Shown: piece by piece, positions 1 to 8,303 of the stretch
How the letters are laid out: each line of letters begins with the position of its first letter
Numbering within the stretch: the first letter of the stretch is position 1
Origin: Sulfolobales archaeon
GTDB taxonomy: Archaea > Thermoproteota > Thermoprotei_A > Sulfolobales > NBVN01
DNA: 19,773 bases
NCBI GenBank assembly: GCA_038841535.1
Contig: JAWBTQ010000022.1
Coordinates: 1-19,773 of the forward strand
Reading direction: 5' to 3'
Notes under the pieces: model-generated
The model's database searches: none
What the model saw: only the letters and a program-made list of their open reading frames with translations
What the model was told of the DNA's origin: nothing
Translations under genes and position numbers: made by a program

Positions 1-75
1 CCAAATCGACACCTCACTAGCGAGCAACTGGTTTAAACGGTTTTACGTAATGTAGTGCTTTAGCTACCTATTTCC

Positions 76-369
76 TTAAGATACAGCACTCAGCACTTCC
101 TTAAACCTCTTCATTACTTCATCACTCAGGTTTATCAAGTTTATGACCACCTCTTTTAGCACTTCAGGAGCCGGCTTACTGCCATCAGTTATTATCCTCA
201 AGACGAAAGCTTCCTCTAGGGGGTGTTCTATGCTGTACGCCGCGAGTTTTACGTTTGGATGCTTGAGAGCTGACTTCGCTAGGAGGTTTCCGAGAGTGTG
301 AGACTCTCCGAAAACCTTAATTATGATCTCTCTTTCGTCAGCTTTCCTTACTTCTAGCCTCACTCTCAC
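76..369 (-). CDS. rpoL: DNA-directed RNA polymerase subunit L (Rpo11)
   Basis: 97 aa; GESHTLGNLL and AAYSIEHPL motifs typical of the RpoL/Rpb11 family. Confidence 0.95.
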   Translation of the reverse strand: MRVRLEVRKADEREIIIKVFGESHTLGNLLAKSALKHPNVKLAAYSIEHPLEEAFVLRIITDGSKPAPEVLKEVVINLINLSDEVMKRFKEVLSAVS

Positions 370-982
370 TTACACCTGAGTTTATGGTACATAATTTAGC
401 TAATAAGCTGCTCCACTCAGTATTCAGCTTAAGCTTGCGGTTTTCCTCCACGAGCCCCATTTGGATTAAATGCTGAAGTAAACTCCTAGCGTCATACCCT
501 AATACGGATAAAGCCACTAATAAGGCTTTTAAGTTTCGGCTGGCTCTAGGGAATTCTTTAGAAACTTCCTCTAGCTTCATAGACACTTCACGAGCTAAGT
601 CTAAAACGAGTGTAGCTGATGCGTTAGTAACGAGTACGTCTCCTCGTAGCTCAGCCGAGTAGCCCTGATTTTTCAGTAGAAACACCACGACATCGGGGAT
701 CGTAGGTTTACCTACTAGTGCGGAAAGAGTTCTTACGTTAAGCCCACTTGATCTTCCAGATTCAAATTCCTTAATTCTTCTCCATTCTTCGTAGGCCTTC
801 ATCAAGGCTTTCTTACTCGATAATACCTCGTTGGGAGAACCGAAGATGTCTATCTCGAGAATCCCATTTCGCACTTCGTAGATTATTTGAGTCGAGCGAA
901 CCCCCCTAGACTTTGATACGAATTCCGCTAATTCACTGCACGCAACAGGGCTACCACACTTAAGCCTCAATCTTACTTCCAC
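338..982 (-). CDS. Conserved crenarchaeal protein, probably DUF2067 family
   Basis: 214 aa ORF overlapping the rpoL start, with AGGTGA SD before the GTG. Size and position upstream of rpoL match my recollection of DUF2067 genes; no catalytic motif recognised. Confidence 0.65.
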   Translation of the reverse strand: MEVRLRLKCGSPVACSELAEFVSKSRGVRSTQIIYEVRNGILEIDIFGSPNEVLSSKKALMKAYEEWRRIKEFESGRSSGLNVRTLSALVGKPTIPDVVVFLLKNQGYSAELRGDVLVTNASATLVLDLAREVSMKLEEVSKEFPRASRNLKALLVALSVLGYDARSLLQHLIQMGLVEENRKLKLNTEWSSLLAKLCTINSGVSESEARSKES

Positions 983-1282
983 GTACTAATCACCTGCTTT
1001 ACCTGTAAGGCTTATACCACCCCTAAGATAACAAGATCGAGCTCACTAAAATCGTACCACTACTTAACAATAACTTTTCCACCTATAGACACATTTCTAA
1101 ACTTGAGCAAACAAAAATAAACAGAGACATCGGCATACTCATAGCTTTGCTTTGAAATACTTAAAACACTGAGGATGCGGTTTTCTCTAGCTGTATAGAA
1201 ATTATAGAATATAAAAGAAAGATTTAAGTTACCGCTATCGACCCTACCGCCTCGGTCTCAAGTTGAGCTCATTTTAAAGGCT

Positions 1283-2611
1283 CTATATTACGGGTTTAGT
1301 CAAGTTTATGTTTTCCGCTAGTATGTAGGGAGATCTTGTAGGTGTTCTAACCTCCCACCATGTTATGTCATAAGTGTCTCTGCTAATCAATTTAATTGAC
1401 TTAAGTAAGGTTTCGAACTTGTCGGCTATTCTTATTCTATCTACGTATCCCATGACACTGCCATTTCTTATCTCTAAGACCAAGTCTCGCGCTACCGTCG
1501 AGAACTGACCCTCAACGTAGTTTTGCAGTCTAGTATACCAGTTATTTAATATCATGTAGCCTTTTCTTACTTCAGAAATCATACTGTCGAGCGAGCCGTC
1601 TCCTGGCTCTATCACTAAGTTCCAAGGTCTAGGATTGACCCAGCCAGCGTTACCCGTGCTTGCGGTTCTAAATACTTTTCCGGTGGCTGTGTTGTGTAGG
1701 ATCGAAGTAAGCACCCCTCTATTGATTATTGGTTTATTGTAGGTTTCCACACCTTCATCATCGAATGGGGCTAGGCCTGGCAGCGTGATGTCTCGTGGGG
1801 CATCTAGTAGTGTAAACTTCTCTGAAGCGATTGCCTCACCCACATTCTTTTTAGCAAGGAACGACATCCCCATGAGTATCGCCATACCTGAAGCCATAGA
1901 AGCTACGTAGTTAATCAGGTTTCCTACTACGAGCGGGGATAGCACTATATCGTACCTACCGGGCGTGAAATCGGCTTTTGCTTTAGCGAGCCCTAAGAAT
2001 TCGGCAGACCTCAAGCCAACATTCTCTAAGGCGTTAGTATCGAGATGCGTTGACCCCCAAGCCCAATGACCGCTGATGTCCCTTCTAATAGACCTTAGGT
2101 AAGCCATAATCCCTGTTTTACGGTAACTATCCTGAAAGCCCTTGCTTGTTGCAACAACAACTTCAGCTTCCTCAAGCTCTAGAGTTCCGGCAGTTCTTTC
2201 GGCACCTGAGCTAAGAGCGGAGGTTACCATGGCTTCAGCTAAGTGTTTGGGATTAGCTAGGTGCTCAACTACTCTTTTATCGTATCCTCCCTCAAGTGGC
2301 GAAGGTTTCTTAGGCTCTGGGAGGTCAGCATAAAGCTCTGACTCCTCAACTTTAGTCACATAGTCCTCTACTCTTCTAACGGCGCTCAGTACTTCTTCTG
2401 GAGACTCCACTCTGAATTCTAAAATAGCGACTCTCTTCTGCTTTCCTAAGAGTAACTGTATGTTTATGTCTTTCCACATTTGTAGAACTCCGGGCTGGTT
2501 GTTCCATATTTTTAGCATAGTCGTGTCTCTGCTGACTACCTTAACTATAGCGCCATCGAACTTCTTCTTCAGCTCTTTGAGGAGAGCTTCAGCTATATCG
2601 TGTGCTCTCAT
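1283..2611 (-). CDS. tldE: TldE/PmbA family protein (non-catalytic partner of TldD)
   Basis: 442 aa; PFDDEGV and STGNA motifs, no HExxxH; 4-nt overlap with the tldD stop. Confidence 0.9.
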   Translation of the reverse strand: MRAHDIAEALLKELKKKFDGAIVKVVSRDTTMLKIWNNQPGVLQMWKDINIQLLLGKQKRVAILEFRVESPEEVLSAVRRVEDYVTKVEESELYADLPEPKKPSPLEGGYDKRVVEHLANPKHLAEAMVTSALSSGAERTAGTLELEEAEVVVATSKGFQDSYRKTGIMAYLRSIRRDISGHWAWGSTHLDTNALENVGLRSAEFLGLAKAKADFTPGRYDIVLSPLVVGNLINYVASMASGMAILMGMSFLAKKNVGEAIASEKFTLLDAPRDITLPGLAPFDDEGVETYNKPIINRGVLTSILHNTATGKVFRTASTGNAGWVNPRPWNLVIEPGDGSLDSMISEVRKGYMILNNWYTRLQNYVEGQFSTVARDLVLEIRNGSVMGYVDRIRIADKFETLLKSIKLISRDTYDITWWEVRTPTRSPYILAENINLTKPVI

Positions 2612-4047
2612 AGGGCAACACCTAACTTAACTTTCGAGAGTCTAACATCGGGTCCCCCGTACCACACTGGGACGCCCTGCGAAGGTTCTCCCTTTCCACA
2701 TGTACCAGGATAGAACACTAACTGCTTTCCTGCTCCAGAGATCTTACTGTAGAAGCTTTTTGTGGTAACCTCTAGAACCGGGTTGCGGACAGGGTTCGTG
2801 ATCTCACCGTCAACAACTAGATAGGATTCCAAACCTACGTATCTTTGGTTCCATCTTATATCATCTATGTTCCACTCCATATACGACTTCATGTAAACAC
2901 CTAGTTTTATATCTTCGATAAGCTCTTCAAAGCTCATATCTCCAGGTTTTAAATACGTGTTGCTCATCCTAATTATTGGCTCGCTTGCGTAGTTCATAGC
3001 TCTTGCGGCGCCATTACTCAGCGTACCAAATAATTTAGCTGTATGTCTATTGTGGAGAGGCTCGTAGAGTAAGCCTTCTTTGTAAAGATACCTAGGTCTT
3101 GCTGTGACTCCCTCGTCGTCATAGAGGTAAAAGCCGTTGCTTCCCGGTATCGTTGGGTCCTCGATAACTGTAGCGAATTCGTTGCCAACTACGTACTTTC
3201 CGATCATCTCCGGCTTCACGTAAGACTCTCCAGCTTGAGCAGCTTCTCTTCCAAGTATTCTGTCTGCTTCCATGGGGTGACCGGCGGACTCGTGGACAAC
3301 GAGGCCAACTATTTCTGACCCGACTACTACGTCTACTTCTTCTTTTGGGGGTTCGATACCTCTGGTGAGAACTTTCTCGAGATTTGTAGCTTCTTGAGTT
3401 ACTTCGTCTACAACTCTCCACTCTCTTAACCATTCAGAGCCTCCCGATGCTCCAAAGTCTATATGTCTCTGGATAGTCCCTTTCTCGGGAACGTGTTCAA
3501 CGAAATTTACCCATACATATATTCTGGGAACTGTAGACCTAACGTAAGCACCATCACTATTAACTATTAACTTCTTTTGGGTGTGAGTCCTTGTACTGAA
3601 GGTGAGGACAGAGAGGCGCGCTTCCTTTAGAGCTCCACTAACGGCTTTATAAGTTTCTCTACCTAACTCAACCCTCTCTTCAACCCCCAGGCTTTCAAAG
3701 CTAACCTTAGGTATAACCTCAAAGCTTGCTCTACCAACCCTAGATCCATCGAACTCTATCGGCGTCTTCATTAGTGGGGAGACAGATCTTGCTCTACCTA
3801 TAGCTTCTCTGACTGTAGTCTCCACGGAGTCTCTATCGAGCCTGTCGGTTGCCGCAAATCCTAGAGCTCCACCTACGAGAACCCTAATGCCAATTCCCCT
3901 AGCGATTGATGTAGTAAGAGAAAGCACTTTACCATTTCTCATCACTAGGTAGTCGGAGACGTCTTCTTGAAATCTTACTTCAGCATATGTAGCACCTTGA
4001 GAGAGAGCTAAATCTAGGGCTCTTATGAGGATCTGCTCTTCTATCAC
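2608..4047 (-). CDS. tldD: TldD family metalloprotease
   Basis: 479 aa; HESAGHPMEADR zinc motif, YDDEGV, RMSNTY and C-terminal CGKGEPSQGVPV. Confidence 0.93.
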   Translation of the reverse strand: MIEEQILIRALDLALSQGATYAEVRFQEDVSDYLVMRNGKVLSLTTSIARGIGIRVLVGGALGFAATDRLDRDSVETTVREAIGRARSVSPLMKTPIEFDGSRVGRASFEVIPKVSFESLGVEERVELGRETYKAVSGALKEARLSVLTFSTRTHTQKKLIVNSDGAYVRSTVPRIYVWVNFVEHVPEKGTIQRHIDFGASGGSEWLREWRVVDEVTQEATNLEKVLTRGIEPPKEEVDVVVGSEIVGLVVHESAGHPMEADRILGREAAQAGESYVKPEMIGKYVVGNEFATVIEDPTIPGSNGFYLYDDEGVTARPRYLYKEGLLYEPLHNRHTAKLFGTLSNGAARAMNYASEPIIRMSNTYLKPGDMSFEELIEDIKLGVYMKSYMEWNIDDIRWNQRYVGLESYLVVDGEITNPVRNPVLEVTTKSFYSKISGAGKQLVFYPGTCGKGEPSQGVPVWYGGPDVRLSKVKLGVAL

Positions 4048-4069
4048 CTAGATCGGCCTCAGAAATAGT

Positions 4070-4095
4070 AAAGAAGCTTAAGATATATAACCTCA
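4070..4095 (-). promoter_or_regulatory. Putative archaeal TATA box for the tldD-tldE operon
   Basis: Minus-strand TTATATATCTTAAG about 30-45 nt upstream of the tldD GTG. Confidence 0.45.
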
Positions 4096-4384
4096 CGGCC
4101 TACTTTTAACACACTTCTTTTTCCTTCGGTTAGCTCTCGGCTCAAACTTGAACGTGTTAGAACGTCAGCGTAGGACCTGAACACTGTTTTATAAGTAGGA
4201 GTAAGGTAGTGTCTTTGAGATGTGAGCTAAAACTGAGACCTGATAGCAATAAAATTCTATAAATAACCTAGCTAAAACTAAGTGAGAGTCGAGCGAGTTC
4301 GCTTTCGTGTTTCCACAACTACGCGAGGAGAGTTGAACTTGAGTTGGAAAAAGTAGTTTACTGAATTTGAAGTACAGATGATCG

Positions 4385-5653
4385 CTATATCCAGCCTCTC
4401 AGCTTCATTGCCTTATAGACTCTCTCAACAGCTACAACAAACGCTGCGTCTCTCATCGTCACTAGCCCTTTCTCGCTTCTAAGGGATTCGTACTTAGATA
4501 TCAGCCTCTTGATGTTGCCCTCCATGATAGACTCGATCCTCTTTAGGGTTTCTTCCTCAGACCACCAGTACCACTGCAGGTTTTCTACCCACTCTAGATA
4601 CGACATGACTACGCCTCCAGCATTTGCGGCTATATCGGGGACTATGACTGCTCCACGTTCATACAGCACTTTTTCAGCTCCGGGTGTAGTCGGTCCGTTC
4701 GCTCCCTCCGATAAGACCTTTGCTTTAACCTTATTGACGTTGTCTTCTCTAATTACGTTTTCTATAGCTGATGGCATTAGTACCTCACAGTCTACGTATA
4801 GAGATGCGTCTGGGTCAGGTATCTTCTCCCCTTTAGGATAGTTGATCACTTTCCCGGTGCTCTCTTTTACCTTAATAGCCAGTTCTACGTCTACACCGTT
4901 AGGGTCGTAAACAGTGCCAGATGTATCGCTTACAGCCACTACCTTCGCACCGAACTTCGCTGAGAATAGTGCTGCGTACTGACCTACGTTTCCAAATCCG
5001 TGTACCGATACCCTAAGACCCTCGAACGTCCCTAGGTACTTTTCTGCAGCTACTCTACCAGCTACAGCTGTTCCAAACCCTGTTGAGTAAAGTCTCACTG
5101 GGTTACCCCAGAGGTCTGGAGGTTTAGCAGTAAACACTCCGGGGACGTTGTAGCCCTTGAGCTTGCTGTACTCATCGACCATCCAAGCCATTATTTGCGG
5201 GTTAGTGCCGACGTCTGGGGCGGGTATGTCTACGAGGTCTCCTATGAGTGGTGCTATAGCTCTAGCGTAACCTCTTGAAAGCCTCTCCAGCTCCCCTTGG
5301 GAGAGCTTCTTTGGGTCTACCTTAACAGCTCCCTTACCACCACCATACGGTAAGCCGTTCAGAGAGTTCTTCAGGGTCATCCCAAGAGCTAAAGCCATGT
5401 CTGTCTCAAGGTCTACTTCGGGGTGAAACCTTATTCCACCTTTATACGGTCCTAGCGCGCTGTTGTGCTGTACCCTATACCCTTCAAATACTACTAATTT
5501 TCCATTATCCATTCTGACCGGTATGCTGACCATTAAAACTCTCTCAGGCTTGCTCAATATCTGGTAAACTTCTTCTGGAAAACCGGCGAGGTCGACGGAT
5601 CTCCTGAGAACTTGAAGCATCCACTGGAGGTAACTAATCTTACCACTACTCAT
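4385..5653 (-). CDS. gdhA: Glutamate dehydrogenase (Glu/Leu/Phe/Val dehydrogenase family)
   Basis: 422 aa; [39 protein letters not shown] and NAGGV motifs; GAGGGG SD and TTTAAAA upstream. Confidence 0.96.
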   Translation of the reverse strand: MSSGKISYLQWMLQVLRRSVDLAGFPEEVYQILSKPERVLMVSIPVRMDNGKLVVFEGYRVQHNSALGPYKGGIRFHPEVDLETDMALALGMTLKNSLNGLPYGGGKGAVKVDPKKLSQGELERLSRGYARAIAPLIGDLVDIPAPDVGTNPQIMAWMVDEYSKLKGYNVPGVFTAKPPDLWGNPVRLYSTGFGTAVAGRVAAEKYLGTFEGLRVSVHGFGNVGQYAALFSAKFGAKVVAVSDTSGTVYDPNGVDVELAIKVKESTGKVINYPKGEKIPDPDASLYVDCEVLMPSAIENVIREDNVNKVKAKVLSEGANGPTTPGAEKVLYERGAVIVPDIAANAGGVVMSYLEWVENLQWYWWSEEETLKRIESIMEGNIKRLISKYESLRSEKGLVTMRDAAFVVAVERVYKAMKLRGWI

Positions 5654-5865
5654 GTGTACCCCTCAAGAAATACTACTAAGAACAAGTTTTAAAGCTGTTT
5701 ATTATGGTCTATGCTGATGTATAAGTAAGTTTTAACAGAACTGCTACCTATGTTAACTCGATTGCTTTCACGCACTCCCACAATTTCGTACAGCAGCTCA
5801 CATGATTTTATAACGTTAAACTAGTTATTTAAACTTCTTTCCTGGGTTACTTAGGGTGACGAGGG

Positions 5866-6429
5866 TTGGTCAGATACGGTCTTGCTATGAGGGTTAAGAA
5901 CATCGCTAGAACGGGGTGGATGATGCGAGGTGTACCGCCTTCTGACTCAGAAACAGTTAGTTCCCACTCCTTCGAGGTAGCCTTTCTGTCCATGCTCCTC
6001 GCTGACCGTCTTATGAGTATTGGAGTGAATGTAGACGTGTCCAAAGTCCTCAGGTCTGCGTTGCTACATGACCTTGCTGAAAGCGTTATCGGCGATATAG
6101 TCAGAGCGGTTAAGGAATCTATCGGCAGTTCCCAGCAGTTAGAAGAAAGAGCTATTCGAGAGCTAGGCATGGATAACTACATAGACATTTACCAAGAACT
6201 ATTGGAGGGTAGAAGCTTAGAGGCTATACTGATAAGAGTTTGTGATAATCTCGCCACATTGCTTCAGGGACTTCGGTACCTTAGCAAGGGATACACTTCA
6301 GTAATCGACATAGTCGAGTCGACTAAACAGAGAATCGAGGAAATACTGAAGTCGGAGCAGTTACCAGAAGAAGCCAGGAGAGTTTTAAGCGATTCGGTGA
6401 TGAAGCTCATGGTATCTGAGGAGTTCTAG
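5866..6429 (+). CDS. HD-domain phosphohydrolase, YfbR/HDDC2-like 5'-deoxynucleotidase
   Basis: 187 aa; RTGW...ETVSSHSF...LLHDLAES..GD...CD motif pattern; GGGTGA SD upstream. Confidence 0.88.
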   Translation: MVRYGLAMRVKNIARTGWMMRGVPPSDSETVSSHSFEVAFLSMLLADRLMSIGVNVDVSKVLRSALLHDLAESVIGDIVRAVKESIGSSQQLEERAIRELGMDNYIDIYQELLEGRSLEAILIRVCDNLATLLQGLRYLSKGYTSVIDIVESTKQRIEEILKSEQLPEEARRVLSDSVMKLMVSEEF

Positions 6430-6711
6430 CTGCCTATTGCTTACTAAGATAGCTATTTACATTACTAGCTTTCTGTAGCTAAGCCAATGACTTTTACTTA
6501 CTCTCAGTGATCGTCCTCTCCATAGCTACTCGACGTTCGTAGTTCATCTTAGCCCAATAAACCCATCATTAAGCTAGTTCACTAAGAACCTAAACCATGC
6601 TTAATACAGCCTTAGAACAATCAACGACATCGAGTCACGCAGTAAAGGGAGCCCCTTTGCGTCTGTAGCATATTAAGCTGAAAACGACAGCAGATTGGAG
6701 TAAATCCCGCA

Positions 6712-6765
6712 CTGATGATGAACTCAGCGGTAGTGATAAATGATCTTACCTGTCTCAACTGAAGA
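6712..6765 (+). ncRNA. Candidate box C/D methylation guide sRNA
   Basis: C box ATGATGA 6715-6721, 11-nt guide, D' GTGA 6733-6736, C' ATGATCT 6740-6746, 12-nt guide, D box CTGA 6759-6762; TATTAAG at 6671-6677 upstream; intergenic. Confidence 0.75.
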
Positions 6766-7026
6766 CCACAATAAAGACCATAGCTTATTTATTACTTAGT
6801 TTATCTCTTGGTACCTACTTATACTCAACACTCGGTTGCGGGTTCCACGGCTTTAGGCTTCTGCTCTTTATTGAATTAGTTTATATAAACGTCTTCTATT
6901 TAACTCACAAGGCATTTAATTAAGAAAAAGCTACTTTAGTCCGTAATACAAAGAAAAACGGTTTAACATATTACGATAGTAAAGATAAACTAGCTTTTCC
7001 TGCAAATAAGTATGTGGAGGCGCCAG

Positions 7027-7167
7027 CCTCTACGGGTCGATCAGTAAAACTAAGCAACACTCCGAGCACGCTAAGCCCCAAATGGGAGAGTGACCCCGGG
7101 TAAACTCTCTCGTTCGGGGTTTACGAGCTCAGAGCGTTGCCTAGTTTTACTGACCGATCCGTAGAGG
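7027..7167. repeat. Long imperfect palindrome (about 70 bp arms, minimal loop), weakly extendable to 7017-7177
   Basis: Left arm cctctacgggtcgatcagtaaaactaagcaacactccgagcacgctaagccccaaatgggagagtgaccc versus reverse complement of right arm cctctacggatcggtcagtaaaactaggcaacgctctgagctcgtaaaccccgaacgagagagtttaccc; centre about 7097. Confidence 0.95.
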
Positions 7168-7545
7168 GCGAGACCTCAGTATTTCTAGTAGTTTCCAACC
7201 GTTGCCAATATAAATAGGCTTCTTGATTTCGTATATTATTTGGTAATTCGCGTCGACTGCTAGTGAGCCTGCTGGTTCCGGTATTTCTAGGAGGTATGAG
7301 TAGTGCTTGACTGGGAGAGCAGCGTAGACGTAATCTGAGAGTCCAACTCTGTTTAGTAGTTGATGAAGTAGCTTATGCTTAGGTCTAGACTTTACTTCGA
7401 TTACGTAAATAAGTGGTCTATCGCTACTGTTTTCAACTGCTACAAGGTCTAGTTCTAGTTTCCCTACTAGAACATTAGTGTAAACAGTCATACCTAAGTT
7501 CTTGAGTACTCTACCTATTACTTCTATTAACCTCTCTTCTAATAT
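7147..7545 (-). CDS. Small PD-(D/E)XK restriction-endonuclease-like protein (start uncertain; ATG-based ORF is 7147..7491)
   Basis: ELDLVAV...VIEVKS catalytic pattern followed by Q......DYVYAALP. The frame stays open upstream of 7491 and encodes ILEERLIEVIGRVLKNLG, which resembles the usual first helix of this fold. Confidence 0.7.
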   Translation of the reverse strand: MLEERLIEVIGRVLKNLGMTVYTNVLVGKLELDLVAVENSSDRPLIYVIEVKSRPKHKLLHQLLNRVGLSDYVYAALPVKHYSYLLEIPEPAGSLAVDANYQIIYEIKKPIYIGNGWKLLEILRSRPLRIGQ

Positions 7546-7756
7546 AGCCCAATTAAAGTCCTATTTACGGTAATTATATCAACGTACGCATTGATTTGTT
7601 TACTGCTCATTCAAAGTTTTATGGTTTGGGTATTACCACGATGTTCACTAGAGTTATTGTGGGTAAAGTAAGCTCGAAGTGTGGGATTAGGTTTGTAGCT
7701 ACATTGTACTACATAAAAAATATAAGCTTTTTAGAGATTGTTATCTTGGTTAGAGC

Positions 7757-8200
7757 ATGGTATTATATGATGTTAGATGTAGAGATGTAGCGAGAATTCT
7801 AGCGAGCGGCCCCCGCACTAGAAAAGAGATAGGAACAGAGCTTAGGAAGATCTATCCAACTCTTAGAGCTAGAGGAGCGTGGGTCCGCGAAGTACTTCTT
7901 GAGTGGAATCCTCTGGTTACAAAAGTAGGTGATGATACGTGGGATCTAAGTGACTTAGGTAAAGCTCTAGTCAAGCTCCCCGGAGAACTCGGTAAGCCCT
8001 TAACGACTGAGGAAACAGTGTTTCTACTGGGACTTCTCCTACTAGACCCTCGCCAGAGGAGGGTTACTGCCGAACTACTAGCTACAGGTAGGTCGTCAGC
8101 TGCGGATAAGTGGGTAATTATTCAAACCACTAGAGTACTAGAGAAGCTAGGAATATACAAGAAAACTCCTCAAGTAGTTGAGGCAGTACCGGGCATATAA
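7757..8200 (+). CDS. Hypothetical protein with probable winged helix-turn-helix domain
   Basis: 147 aa; ILASGPRTRKEI...L and wing-end WDLSDLGKALV patterns typical of wHTH; AAAAAATATAAG promoter-like element about 30 nt upstream. Confidence 0.65.
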   Translation: MVLYDVRCRDVARILASGPRTRKEIGTELRKIYPTLRARGAWVREVLLEWNPLVTKVGDDTWDLSDLGKALVKLPGELGKPLTTEETVFLLGLLLLDPRQRRVTAELLATGRSSAADKWVIIQTTRVLEKLGIYKKTPQVVEAVPGI

Positions 8201-8303
8201 ATAACTCGCAAGCAGTGCGGTTTAGCACAAGCGCCTTTTTATGTATTAAAGCACCTCAAAATTAGTAGTTTAGGACCTAGTTTAAAGTAGTAGTGGCTGT
8301 AAG

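Noticed and set aside
1-40. Minus-strand TTTAAAC, GAGGTG SD and TTG at positions 4-2, suggesting a gene starting at the window edge
   Set aside because: Only one codon is visible, so no product can be supported.
2142-6170. Shadow ORFs 2142..2333, 3119..3433, 4509..4841 and 5847..6170
   Set aside because: Antisense or alternate-frame ORFs within or almost wholly overlapping well-supported genes; no motifs.
6637-6662. Small hairpin acgca-gt-aaaggg-agc-cccttt-gcgt upstream of the C/D sRNA
   Set aside because: Short and bulged; could arise by chance and no function can be assigned.
7012-7047. Mini-ORF MWRRQPLRVDQ* mirroring the nuclease C-terminus
   Set aside because: A by-product of the palindrome; similarity ends at the arm boundary and the upstream frame has stops.
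7596-7790. 64 aa ORF in the divergent promoter region
   Set aside because: Overlaps the promoter and start of the wHTH gene; no recognisable features.
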